A stretch of 64,000 bases of DNA. Source: Tubulanus polymorphus. Its lineage: Eukaryota; Animalia; Nemertea. Every line of letters begins with the position of its first letter. Within the stretch, counting starts at the first letter, position 1. Below are positions 25,901 through 38,728 of this stretch, one piece after another. The translations under genes and the position numbers were made by a program. The notes beneath the pieces were generated by a model, which had not been told where the DNA came from, did no database searches, and saw only the letters and a program-made list of their open reading frames with translations. The DNA is taken from assembly GCF_964204645.1 (NCBI RefSeq), contig NC_134025.1:13950001-14014000 (forward strand), read 5' to 3'.

Positions 25901-28900
25901 GAAAGGCTGAATCCAAGAACATGTCTATCGCACTTTTGAGCCCAAACGTCTACTTTTACTTAGTAGCCACTTGAGAACAATAAGCAATTAACGATATCAG
26001 CCACTTTTCCAGTAGTATACATTTCAAAACAGTCACTCTGGAATAGTATTCCTTTCAATTCGGTTGGTTTTCTATAGTGGCTGTTTCGAAGAGTCTACTA
26101 TTGAAAAGTGACCATTTTGAAACATCTGGTTTCGATAGTGCACACTAGCAGTAGAGGTGACTGTAAAACCACCCGCCTGTTAACAGTGACTTTGTGATAG
26201 TAACTCCTACCATAGCAGCTACTCTCAAAACACATCGTTTCTAAAAGTCAACTATTGAAAAGTGACCATTTTGAGATCGCTTGCCAGATTCCCTGTTATA
26301 AATACACTGTAGCAACATATGCTTCAGATTTGCAGTGATACGTGACAATATAAACATACTGAGAAACTCTACTCACGCTATAGTTTGGGGTATAGTTCTA
26401 TTAAGAGTGACTCAGTTGAGATCTGAAGATATTGAAGATACTATCTTTGAGGATGTGAAATGTAATGAGCGATTCCCAACTCTCAATTGGAGTTAAATTT
26501 GTTAACAAATTGTCAATAGTTATGTAGTTTTAAGATAAATCAAAATTTCCTTCTTTTCATGGCGATGTAATTGAATAAAAAAATCAATTTGAACAAATGC
26601 AGCTATTTTCAAGCATAGGTCTGCATTTATTTTTGATTTAAATTCTTAGATTAAAAGCGCAAAAATTCAGGCTAACCTCTCATTATTGAAATGGTGGTTT
26701 ATCTTCAAACGGGGGCCTGGATGTCTTTGCATCTTAAATTAAGATGTGCATTTCGGAGTGTTCGAATTTCCCTGAATTCTAATTTTGCGAAATCATTGAT
26801 TTTTTTCAAACAAAATATGCTTTATCCATGTGGATTTTTAACATTCTAAAGAAATCATCTAAATTGTGCCCATATTTGATCGAATTTAATAGAAGAAACT
26901 TTGTATGGTATTCAAGATTTCATTTGGATTACGGTAACGGCCTTTGGTGATTGTCCCTGGGGTCATGAATGAAGAAATCCCGTAATAGAATTTTAAATAT
27001 GATAAAATTTGTGAAACCGCAACGTTTTGACTGTAGACTAACAGCCATCATCAGGTGGAATGTAGACATTCCTAGTGATAAGGGCTTTTAGTAAGATGGC
27101 TGTCAGTCAACAGCTGAAACGTTGTGGTTTAACTATAATAAATTTCATGATACAAAATTCTATTGTGGAATTTCTTCATTTGTCTACAGTTAACACGCTT
27201 TAGAGTATTTTATTCGACTTCTTCGGGTCATGTAGCCGTTTAGATCGAAAATTTACTAATCGGCAAAGAAGGGATATAAAACCGTGTTGGTCGCTATGAG
27301 AGGGATTCCCTGTATATCTGCACCTTAAACCGGTACCTTTGTTAGTTCTAGCCCACATTCACTTCCAAATTCAAGTATTGGTAACGTTGGTTTAAGATAA
27401 TTTGAGAAAAAGAGTTTAGTTGGAGAAAACTGATAATTCAGTTAATGAGTTAACTGATAATCTTATAATTCAGCGATCATTGGTTCATCGATTCGGCGAA
27501 GTTCAAACACCGTACATTTTGGCATGTTATTGTATTGGCACCTTGAAATAAAGTTTCATAGAGATATTGCGGTGCTAAGTTTATCAATATTAAAAGGTAA
27601 TTACTTATGGTTTGTGGTCTTTTGGTGGCCAATGCAGTTTGTTCATTCGTTCATCAATCACTGTCTAGTTAGCCAGTGTAATTGACCTGCTGACCGATAG
27701 CTGCTGCTGGGTTTTTGATAACCTATATAAACAATTTACTCAACAAAGTGGGAAAGTATGTGAAACTAGAATTACAGCATATTGCATTTCTTTCACATCT
27801 TAAGCCAAAAGAAGTTTTCTCTATCAAATGAAATTGCTGACTTCAAAATTACGTGAACATCTCAACACTGCACTTTTATACGATAATCGTTTGATCTTTT
27901 ATAATAAGTTGGTAATTTCATTTCAACCAAACTGTATAACTACGAAATAAGATTTTGATTATGGTATGATTTCTAGCAAGCGATAAAATGATTCAATATT
28001 CATTAACGAACAAGCAGAGAACAGCGTGACAAAGTGAACATCACATGGATTATTTAAAAATCGTTTGTATCGAAATAAACAATTAATTCAAGGTTAATTG
28101 TAAGTATTTTAGACACATTTTTTTCGTAATTCATTTTTTGAACATATGATTTTATTTGTATATTCCTCTCTCATATACCCTTAAAAACAAATTAAGCCTA
28201 AAAGACAAATTTATTTTTTGTCTTGTCTTTCTTTTCTACAAAATCAAAGATTTATGAACGCACCAGAATGTTTTATAATCGCAAATGTAAAGAATTCTAG
28301 GACTGGCACTATATTTTAGTATTAATGGATTTAATCCATGATGATGTTATATGAATGAATAGTTTTCCATTTTGTTGAGCGTAATATAATTTAGGGGATT
28401 CTTAGCATCTCAAAAACTTTGATTTTCTATTCACAGAACTGGATTCAAAGCATACAGAGTTCTGTACACAAAGCATATAGGGTTTAACAGTACCTTTGAA
28501 CCTGTCACGTATCACTGCAAATCTTTAACAGATGCTGCTATTTTGAACAGGAAATAACCATGCCATCTCAAAATGGTCACTTTTCAATAGTGGACTTTTA
28601 GAAACGATGTGTTTTGAGAGTAGCTGCTATGGTAGGAGTTACTATCACTAAGTCACTGTTAACAGGCGGGTGGTTTTACAGTCACCTCTACTGCTAGTGT
28701 GCACTATCGAAACCAGATGTTTCATATTGGTCACTTTTCAATAGTAGACTCTTCGAAACAGCCACTATAGAAAACCAACTAAATTGAAAGGAATACTATT
28801 TCAGAGTGACTGTTTTGAAATGTATACTACTGGAAAAGTAGCTGATATCGTTAATTGCTTATTGTTCTCAAGTGGCTACTAAGTAAAAGTAGACGTTTGG

Positions 28901-28941
28901 GCTCAAAAGTGAGATAGACATGTTCTTGGATTCAGCCTTTC
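25901..28941. mobile_element. Non-autonomous long-TIR DNA transposon (Sola-like)
   Basis: TIRs of ~440 bp (25901-~26347 and ~28503-28941) starting gaaaggctgaatcc; 4-bp TSD attt (AWWT); no ORF. Confidence 0.75.
26968..27224. mobile_element. Penelope-like inverted terminal remnant with decayed hammerhead cores
   Basis: Inverted pair 26968-27056 / ~27090-27180 containing ctgatgatggctg...cagtcaaaac and gatggctg...cagctgaaac; flanked by direct gggtcatg. Confidence 0.55.
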
Positions 28942-30284
28942 ATTTGTAAATCAAATTTCATCCACCCTGCAGTTACGTTCTGTGGCACAGTGGGTAAATC
29001 ACTGGACTACTACTGGATTTTTTTTTTCGTTTGGTTTCGAATCCCAATATTGCAAGTCTAAGCGTCAACGTACTGACATACGGCTAACCTGTAGAAATCA
29101 CCGTACAGTCACGTACAGGTAACAACAGCGTTTTAAGTATTAAGTGAGTACGATAAGCCTACCATGCCTTTGTACTACAAACACAACTTTTTCCCTCTCG
29201 TCGGCCCTACAGTGATGTTACTATAACTGGTGCCATTATAACATGGATAGGATTTGGTCAGGACTAGCCTAAAGTCTAATTCAGTCTATGCACTAATTCA
29301 CTCGATAGGCTTTTTTTAAACACAATACAGTGAAGTATTCCCACTCAGAAAGGCTAATTGATTTGAGCCATGCAATTAAATTTTGCTCAGGACTTCTATG
29401 ACCTGCTGACATTAAAAGTCAAACCTAGATCCAAAACGTTCATGTGGTCACAGCTTGTATACCAGAAATCATTGTAGGCCTGTACATTTTGCTGTACGTA
29501 GGTTTGGTATACCGATTTCTCCAATCGTGACTGATAAGTGTACATTACAGCTGTACACATTATACAATTGTACCAATGGGAATAGGGCCTATTGATTGGG
29601 CTTATTATTTCCTGCTTTAGAATACTGATATAAGCCCAACATTCATTCAAATATCCAACATCGGTGAAAGTTTGATTACTGTATACATGTACTGTAGGTT
29701 TTCATGTTGTATTAATATTTTGTAGTCAAACGGGTATGATGCTGATTCCAATGTACAATAAACACATGAAGTTAAATGGTCAAGGACAGTCAACACCAAG
29801 ATATCTCTCTTCGACCGATGTTGCACCATAGAAGATCTGATTCTTTCAACTCAAGCAAAGTGATTCAACACGATCGACATAACACTAGAATAGGTTTGCA
29901 GTGACTAACAGTTCATTTCATTTAGTCCTATGTACTTTTTAGCCAATTTGGATTTGATTGTAATTGAAATTGAAATGAGAGTTGAAAACATGGCCGACGA
30001 CAGGCTGGTACGTTGAAAGCGCTCCTGGAAATATTAGGATTGGGGCTGATATGTATGATACTCAATGTTGAATGTAGAAACTGGAAATTGATATATGTGT
30101 AGCTGACATTTCCTGAAAGTTTGAAGCCTGAAATGTGATTTTAAAACGGTAAATGAAGGAATATTCGGTGAAATCTCGTTTGATATTCAGTATAATAGCA
30201 GTGATATAGCAGTGATAAGCGATCAGTTCAGTATCAACTGTCAAAAGCTCACTCAGCTGTCAGTACACAAAGAGATCAACAGAT

Positions 30285-31226
30285 ATGGCAGCGGTCGGCG
30301 AAAATGTAAACATAAGCGACTCAGAGAAATCGGATTCTGAAGCCGAAGTTTTTTCAAACGGAAAAACTACTCAAAAACTAAAAACTAAAGAGGGTCGTAA
30401 ACAAGGCCCACCAAATAAAAGAAGGAAGGAAAGAAGTTCGACAGTGGATTCTGAAATGTCCGTTGAAGAGGGCATGATGAAGCTGACAAAATCTATAGAA
30501 GAAATGAATAAAAAAATTGATTCACTAGCTGGAATGAAAACAGAATAACTAGATACCATTGATCGTAAATTAGAGAACCATACTAAGAAAATTGACAACC
30601 TTGTCTACCGAACCGAAGAGAGATTATACGATATTGAACAATCGAACAATACGAAGACAACCGAAATCGCTGAAAATAAATCTCAGCATTCCGAAGATAT
30701 ATCCGCGCTAAAAAGTGAAATCGGCAAACTTAGTGCCCAGCTCTCCGAGAGCAAAACACTAGCAATAAAAAATAATCAATATTCGCGACGAAATCATATA
30801 AGAGTTTTTGGTGTCACCGAGTCCAAAGATGAAAACTGTATAGATACAATTGTGAATATTTTGAATATTAAATTACACTTAAGCGAAAAGGAGCGATTAA
30901 AACTAAGCGATGTAGAGGTAGCACACCGAGTGCCTCTAAGACAACTAAAATACGACGAGAAAGGAGTTAAACAACCGGACGGAAAAATTGTGCGCTTTTT
31001 CGATCATAATAGGCGGGATTTTATCATTCGGAAACGTGCGACATTAAAGGATTCAGGGATTATAATACGCGAAGATCTTTGCCCTGAAATTGCGAAACTA
31101 GTTAATCGCGCGGTTAACTCGAGACTATATAACAAAGTGTGGACAATCAATGAAGAAGTATTTGGTTGCACTGAGAATGGTGAGAAAAAAAGAATTAAAA
31201 TTTTCAAACCACATCCGAAGCAATAG
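30285..31226 (+). pseudogene. LINE ORF1 protein (coiled coil plus RRM/CTD, L1 transposase_22-like), one in-frame stop
   Basis: NQYSRRNHIRVFGVTE...DVEVAHRV...IVRF...IIIREDL...KVWT; TAA at 30546-30548. Confidence 0.85.
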
Positions 31227-31975
31227 CAGTACCGGTAATTAGCTAATTGTGAATAACTTACTTTTTTCCTTTCTTCATTCATTTATGCGATATACATTGT
31301 TTGCAATACAGGTATCTCTAAATGGATCTCACCAATAATTCAAATATTTGGTCAAACTTTCTGAATTACCAAATTATTGATATGTACATATTAACTTACC
31401 AATCCTAATATAGAGTATCAGTTTGGTTTAAATAATAACCAAAATGCTTTTCTGGGTAACTAGACTAAATTATTATGTTTTTGCTAAAAGCTTTTGCTAT
31501 ATATATCATCTACTCTCAACTCATATGAATAGTTCATTGAAACTCAATACAAGCAATATTACAACTTGTTCTGTAATACATGAATATGAATTATGTAACC
31601 GGCTGGTTGTTGTATCGGCAGGCTGGCTGGGGAACTAGCATTTACACCAGCGGTACAGGATTCCATCCATCAGGAACAACAAGGCAGTTAAACCTTATAT
31701 GTACAATCTTTATTAAATTCCGGAATGAGAATGATTATCATAGCTTTACATAGTCTTTATATACAGAATCATGAGTAAAATGTGAGAACTAGGTGTCAGA
31801 CAAGTTGTAGACATCAGGACTCACAAACAAACACCTAGTGACATGTTTGAGATACATTAATTAATTATCGATGAGCACTGACCTTAGCTAATTATTGTGA
31901 AAACATATTGAGTAATGTCACATGTTGATTACGACCTTAAAGCACATATTGACACTATAGTCATAAGTTATATTA

Positions 31976-32012
<37 letters not shown>

Positions 32013-32797
32013 GATATGTAGTAGAGCTATGAAATGTTATGCACTGTTCGATATGACATTGTAGATCTATATGATTATGAAATATGCAAATTATATCAGG
32101 GTGACAGATGCCCCCTTGTCCAATTAAATTTGGTCCTCCAAATTTGCGGAAAACACAGATGCTATAACTTCATTAAAACTCCTTCCACTGCGAGAACGTG
32201 TAAAATTGAGTTCCACCGTGCGAAAATGTGTAAACGTTGGACAGTAACATCCGGATTCTCAGTCATTCACGAAAGAGTCACATGTTGTCGTTATATATGG
32301 ACGATGCGATGATACGTTAACTGTAATTATCTGCAAAGGATCCCCGAATTCTGGCTGATTCTGCGACGAAGGAACAGAAGTAACGTGTTGTGTAGTTATA
32401 GCGTCCGGAAGTCCAGTTGGTGATTGCAAGTAGTACTGGTATGCATTTCTCCGTTATGAAGATCTTCCGATTACTGACTGGAAATAACTTCATGACACAA
32501 TGATAGTAACATGCAAAATCTGACATCAGAGCAGTGTTCAGGCAATGACACAACACAAATACAGTTACCCTTGTCAACCAAAAGAAGAAAAAAAAACTGA
32601 TCATTATTTAAAAAAAAGTGGTCAGAAGTAAACAAAGAATAACCATAGTAATTGAGTAAAGATGACACCACCAGCATAATTGAACTGTATTAACACCTAT
32701 CATCGCAGTCTCAATTAATCCACGTTATATTATATCATTGATAAATTCATACCGTACTGTACACTCATCTCAGATATGTCTCCGGTTAGATTTACAA

Positions 32798-33863
32798 CAG
32801 TGCTTCATCTAGCCAAAAATAGAAGGGCGGTCCGCCCCGCCCCCGAAAATAGCCGCCCTTGTGCCATTCAGATATGTCCCATGCTCGCCCTTGTGCCCTC
32901 ATCACTTGCCGTAGGTCCGCCATCCTGCCCTTGTCAGTCACGAGTAATGAGTCAGGGCTTTCAAAATAAGCCGACGCATCCGACTGTTAGTAAGTTTCCT
33001 GCGACGGCTATGAAATATCTCGTATGATATCAACGATAGTAGCTCATGTGATCAGTGGTTATATTCAAATGTTCTGCAGTCAGTGTGCATCGTGTGAAAA
33101 CGTGCCTCAGACGCGTGGCCTAGTTTAAGTTTCCAGGAAATTGGCTGACTTCCAAACTACTGCCAATCATTCTAGCGACTGCCGTTGTAAAGCTGGTAGA
33201 GTATATTCGATGGATTGTTTCGTTTTGAACACATCGTGATGCTCTGGATCTTTTTATCTAGACTATTAGACAATTTTTTTTTATACAAGGTGAAAAACTT
33301 TGTTTGGTGAACTCACAGAGAGACTCGCACAGACAATTAGTTTGAGTAGCCTAATAGCAATAATGTGTTCTTAAGCTTACTGCTTACCAATTATCAACAG
33401 TTACTTGCCAATCACTAACACTATCAATTTAAATCAATTAATTTGATATTTCTAAGATTAAAAATATTCAATTTCATGTAGGCCTATACACTATTGCTGG
33501 CTCTTTTTCGCTGTATTTGCTACTTGAGATTGCTTTTTTCTGCAATTTTTTTGACTGCAACTGGTTTTCCAAATCATTTTGAAAGCCCTATCTATATTAA
33601 CTTTTGTTCATTGACAGGCATAGGTGTAAGGATGTACTGTGGTCAAGTGTGTCACCCATGGCATAATCAGATTTAAAGATAGTTTCTAGTCCTCAGTCGT
33701 AGTAGGGGGTACCTCGATTCTATGCAATAGGGAACATTGCAGTTTGCCCCTAAAACAGACGTGAGTGCATTATTATGTGCCCTTGCTCCGATGGAATCAC
33801 GCACAAAAATGCCCTTATTTGAAATCAGCACCCTGCCCTTTTTTAATGCTAGATGAAGCACTG
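32798..33863. mobile_element. hAT5-like non-autonomous element, copy 2, inserted in the Gypsy
   Basis: Same TIRs and body as 22357-23408; TSD tacaa. Confidence 0.85.
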
Positions 33864-34899
33864 TACAATGACGTTATTTGCGTGTTTTCTACGAAAGATT
33901 TCATGCACTCTACTTAAAATGACTAGTATATATTAATTGAATGTATGAACTATCCGATCTTTGAACCATTCAGGGCGTAAATAAACTGAAAATATACGTA
34001 CGAGTAATAAGCTGATTAATTCATTGCTGATATTCATATGATATCCTGGAAAGCTTAAGAAAACCTACTGTAACTACTACTGAGTTTCGAAGAAATTGAT
34101 TTTAAACGAGAAGCATACTGACTTTGTGTGCCAGGAGGTGTTTCATACCAAGGCAGCCATGCAGGGGGAGCAAACCGCCCACATAAAACATAGTATTCTA
34201 AGACATCCTGGTCATTGAAACATGTTGATACGGCTCGAGCGACAGTAGGTATAATGTTTTTGAGCTCGGTTTTGGTGGGAGGCCTTTTATTTTCCAAGAT
34301 GACATGATATATACCCCATACATATTCAAGACTTTCTCCGTGATCACTTACTTTAAAGAATCTCGTTTTGGTGCCCGGTACCATGGACTGTCATGGTAAT
34401 ACTTGACGAATAGCACATTATTTTGAAATTTGGTAGCAACAACCGTTTTTCCTGTAGGGCATGGACATAATGCTCGACGATTACCCGTCCGAATAGCCTC
34501 TTCGATAGCGACATTACTTGAATCTGAACTACTCTTAACGCTTTCCTCAATCCTATGATCTTGGTGAGTTTTCGATCGAGCTGAATAATATACACTATTT
34601 ACATTCTCATTATTTGATGAGTCTTCATTAGATATCTGATTATCAAATTCCTGGAAGCAATCATTAGTAACATATACACCCTGTGTTACGGTTCCATTTA
34701 ATTTTCTTCTAGGTTTTTCACGTATCTCTACTTCACTATCCTGACATCTATCTCTATTTGTGATTATGTTTGCTACGTCATTCTCGTTATCATTTCGATC
34801 TTTTTGATTTCCGTGATTATCATCAGCATTGTCTGTAATGCGATCAAAAAACTTCCTTTTGCAAGGTTTCTTACGTTTTTTGCCTGATGCCGCATAGTT

Positions 34900-35812
34900 T
34901 TCGTGAAAGTGTCGAATTAGTTTATTTGGGATTCATTTTCCTAATTCCAAAGAATTTTCACGATTTAAATCTGACTTCCATTTTACGCGATATTTACATA
35001 AACCGTTTTCTAGTTTGTACAGTAGAATTTTCTGAATATCTGATTCATTGAAAGTCTCAGTAACAACTGGTCTATCTTTGTTATCGTCTGGCAAAATTTG
35101 AATGTCAGTTGGAGTATCAGCTAGATTGCTAGGTTTATATTTTAAGCGCCCATGAATCTCGTCGAATAATTCAGGGTTTTCCTCAGCTGTTGAACCATCC
35201 CATGCGACCTCTTCATAATTCGCACGCGATGAAGGATCTTTGTATAATTTTAGACGATTCCCATTGACATGCGATGGGAGTAAAACGTTATCAGAGATTC
35301 TTCGTAATTGATAAGCCCCTTTGCTAGCTACTGACTGAATGAAACAGGGACCTACGTATTTTTTAGTTTTGGCGATTTTCCTTTCTTAACTTTCATGACT
35401 TTTAGCCAAACGCAATCAGTAATCTGATACTGAGGTTTTGATGCCTTTTTATCGAATTGAGTTTTATACTTATTTTGAGCTCTTTTTATATTCTCGTTAG
35501 CGATATTTCGTGATATGACAAGCTGCCTTAATATATGCGATAAGTATGCCTTATGATCAGTAGCTAATGAATGGTGTGGAATTAAAGCTGTGTCTATTGG
35601 TAGACGCATTTCTTGGCTGAATAACATGTGGTAAGGGCTGAAACCTGAACCTTCAGTTGAGGGAACATGCCTATAACTCATCATTACACTTGGCATTAGT
35701 GTATCCCAATTAGTCTGATCCTGGTTACAATACGACCTAAGCGACTGCCAAATGTACTGGTTAGTTCTCTCGCAAACTGAGTTTGATTGAGGATGGTACG
35801 GAGCGGTGAAAT
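34900..35812 (-). pseudogene. Gypsy integrase C-terminal half with GPY/F and a chromodomain-like tail
   Basis: HFTAPYHPQSNSVCERTNQ...NWDTLMPSVMMSYR...TEGSGFSPYHMLF...; later KILLYKLENGLCKYRVKWK. Confidence 0.85.
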
Positions 35813-37689
35813 GTTATGAACTGTTCGATATGACATTGTAGATCTATATGATTATGAAATATGCAAATTATATCAGGGTGACAATTATATTGGTATCTGG
35901 GGATCTTAACTAAAGTTCTATTTTTGAAAATTTTAGTAAAAAGAAATGTGTTTAGGTAGGCCTAATACAGATCCAGAGAGCCGCAAGGCTCTACAAAAAA
36001 CAGCTCATCAATAGATATTGAATATTCATCCCGTCCCCCTAAAATATTCTATCATGGTATGTTTATGTTATAGGCCTATAATAGTTACTGTAGTATTACC
36101 ATTGTATGTTGTATGTTGTTTTGAAAATAGCTTACCATAGATAAGCCTTATAATATTGACATTTGTATCATTGTCATCATCCATTTCATAGTCACCGGGG
36201 CTCGTCCACTCTGTTCAGAGCTACAGCCTTCAGGCTCTGGACGAGTCCTTCATAGTTCATTGTGGTATTTTGTAAGATAAATTATTATAGCCTATGTTCT
36301 ATGAAAATAAAATCAATCAATCAAACTCTGGAAATGTTAACAAGAGACAAGTAGGCCTAAGACAAGTTGAAAAAACACAAGTTATGCTTGATTCTCTTAT
36401 TCAAATTTAATTCAAATTTAAATTTATTTTATTACATCATATTTACAAAGCATATCATTGGTTCATAAAGTAATAAAAATTAGGACAGAACAAATATTAT
36501 TATAGAATTTTCAAAAAGGCAATGAATTTCTATAACTAAATGAACATTATTTTTCTAATAACTCAGATCAATAGTAACTCTCCCGTTTATTAGGAAACAC
36601 ACGCAACTAGTGGAATAGGTTTGATTTACACATATGTTGCAGGTGCCTAAATTGTTTATCACTATAGAATTTGGTATCCATAAAAGCCAAAATCAACATC
36701 AGCCGGAAATACAATACACTAAAATATGTATTCTTTCAAATATTTCAATAAAAAGATTAACTTCTTAAATCTATTCCAAATCAAAAAACGTTCTTATCTG
36801 TAAATTCACTCAATCTATCGACTCAGCAGGTGCTTAAGATGAGTTCTTAATAGGACAGATCCATTTTTAAGCATGGTGATAATACAGTATCATGATGTTT
36901 GAATGCCAAAATAAATGCCTGGTCAAATAAATTCATATTTGTTGATTGTACGTCCGCGTATGTTTGGTTTCAAAGCTGAATCATATTTGACGTTTACACA
37001 GTGGTTGCAAATAAGGTTCGAATCTGTCAATGCATTTTATTCTATGTATCGGTATTTCAATTTACTACAATTCCAATCATTCTGAATGGCTTTGCAGAAA
37101 ACCCGTCATCGCTGCTTAGCAGCTATATTTCTGAATTAGTTTCCCATAAAATGCATAAGTCCTACAAGGTGAACAAAATTTCCCCCAAATTTCCAAAATT
37201 TCATAATACCCTGGCAATAAACATCTTAATGTGATGAGAATTTAGTGGTACGGTAAAATTAATTTCATCGTTTCGTATCATTTTTAAAATTCTTTCTCCA
37301 GTGAGAATGAGATTTTCAGATAGCCTACCTTTTCTATACATTTATAGGCCTGCCGGTCTACTTCATTACTGAAATTGCCAACTAATTCGAACTCTTGATA
37401 ATTCAACTAATTCATATTAAGAGCGGAGTAGGGCCTACCCAATTTTCATAGTAACTACTTCAAATTAGCCAATTTAATCCTACTCCATAGCAGGGTAAAA
37501 TTATCTGGTTCAACTAATTCGAATCCTAATTAATTTGCACATGACTTGTCAAATGGGAATTGAAAATTAACCTTAAAATCTTAAATTCAAATGAGCCAGT
37601 TCTTGAAACCGAGCCGGCTAAAATTTCATTTCTTTCATCAAAAGTTTCATTTCTTTATTCAACATCATTAGGAGTGCAACAATGATACT

Positions 37690-38116
37690 GCCACAGTGTC
37701 ATAGATGGTAGACGATCTTTTCAATCTGCGATACCCGATGTACCCTATAGTGTGCATGCGCGAATAGGCTGGACTTCTAAGAGAATATTGGCTAAAATTT
37801 GGGATTCGATCTCAAAAGCTCTGGCGTGCAAGCATAACACTCTACCCACTGAGCCATAAGGCTGAACTGTCAGAGACGCAACTGTTTAACTACTTATAGC
37901 CTTACCCTAACAAACCTAACCCTAACCCTAGACCTTACCCTAACCCTCTGGACCCTTTAGACCCTAACCCCCTGGACCATATAAAAGACCCAACCCTCTG
38001 AGCCCTAAATCTGATTGAAAAAGTTGCCATTTGTTTTTAATGTATGAGCATTCGCGAGAGAGTTCATCGGTGTCAGGGATTGAGAGGATCACATACCGTC
38101 ATAGACATAACACCGG
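37690..38116. mobile_element. Degenerate MITE-like repeat with a reverse tRNA-like segment and CCCTAA repeats
   Basis: gggattcgatctc...ctctacccactgagcca at ~37800-37856; cctaaccctaaccctag at ~37900-38010; weak TIRs, no clear TSD. Confidence 0.5.
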
Positions 38117-38199
38117 GTAAGCCTATCCACAAGGAAGCCCAAGCCGATCAATCAAGCAAGGGCGATTTCTAGCAGGCTTTAGGCCTAATAAATACTCAC

Positions 38200-38527
38200 C
38201 AAGGGCACTTGCCATTGCTGTTCCAACCATGCCACCTCCTGAAATAACAACATCGTAAAGTTGTTTTTCAGTGATGTCGGCATTTTCTATTTTGTTGGTA
38301 GTAGTTTGTTGTGTGCTGAAGGAGCTGCAGCTAGTAGTACTTATTTTCCCAACAGTCTTTTGAACAACATTGCCGACGTTGCTGGTTGTAGTAGTAGGCC
38401 TAATTTGTAAAAACGGTGATACACAATTTTCTGATACACAATTTTCATAATTTGCCGTGCTCAGTTTTCCGTACGAACGGTACTGTATCTGGGGACATAA
38501 TCCTCTTAGTATCCTAAATGATGACAT
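38200..38527 (-). CDS. COQ6: COQ6 exon 1 (mitochondrial presequence plus FAD-binding GxGxxG)
   Basis: MSSFRILRGL...LYDVVISGGGMVGTAMASALG|gtgag; 328 nt, phase 1, joins exon 2 in frame across a ~23.2-kb intron. Confidence 0.9.
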
Positions 38528-38728
38528 TTTCAATTATATATATATAGGATTCAGGAGAGCAAGCAGCTTTTCGGTTGTCTCGAATGAAGACACCGGAACT
38601 TTACAGTCGTCAACGCCATGGGCAGACATATTGCGATAGATGGCGTCTGTGTGACAGATCTTTCAGTTCTTCCACTAGACGCGTTTTCGGTGCTCTCTTA
38701 ATATTTCAACACGACAACTACAGATACA

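Larger units (their letters stand above)
25752..29130. mobile_element. Mutator-like MITE (tRNA-like and telomere-like segments) hosting a Sola-like insertion
   Basis: TIR cgaagttgttacccgtacgtgactg / cagtcacgtacaggtaacaacagcg; exact 9-bp TSD ttttaagta. Confidence 0.8.
31594..35883 (-). mobile_element. Internally deleted Gypsy/Ty3 LTR retrotransposon
   Basis: 4-bp TSD atta; 3' LTR 31594-32106 (TGTCAC...GTTACA) preceded by PPT aagggggcatc; only ~77 bp of the 5' LTR remain (35807-35883), fused to mid-integrase. Confidence 0.9.
30037..36327 (+). mobile_element. ORF1-only non-LTR retroelement (CR1/L2/L1-type ORF1), interrupted by a Gypsy element
   Basis: ORF1 at 30285-31226; 3' end aataaaatcaatcaatcaa at ~36306-36324; possible TSD ctggaaatRtta (30025-30036 / 36328-36339); no RT or endonuclease ORF. 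Confidence 0.55.

Noticed and set aside
29396-29829. Minus-strand ORFs inside COQ6 intron 1
   Set aside because: No recognisable motif or splice-consistent structure.
37800-37860. tRNA-like sequences (also ~6965-7035 and ~28980-29045)
   Set aside because: No complete cloverleaf; they are embedded in MITE-like repeats.
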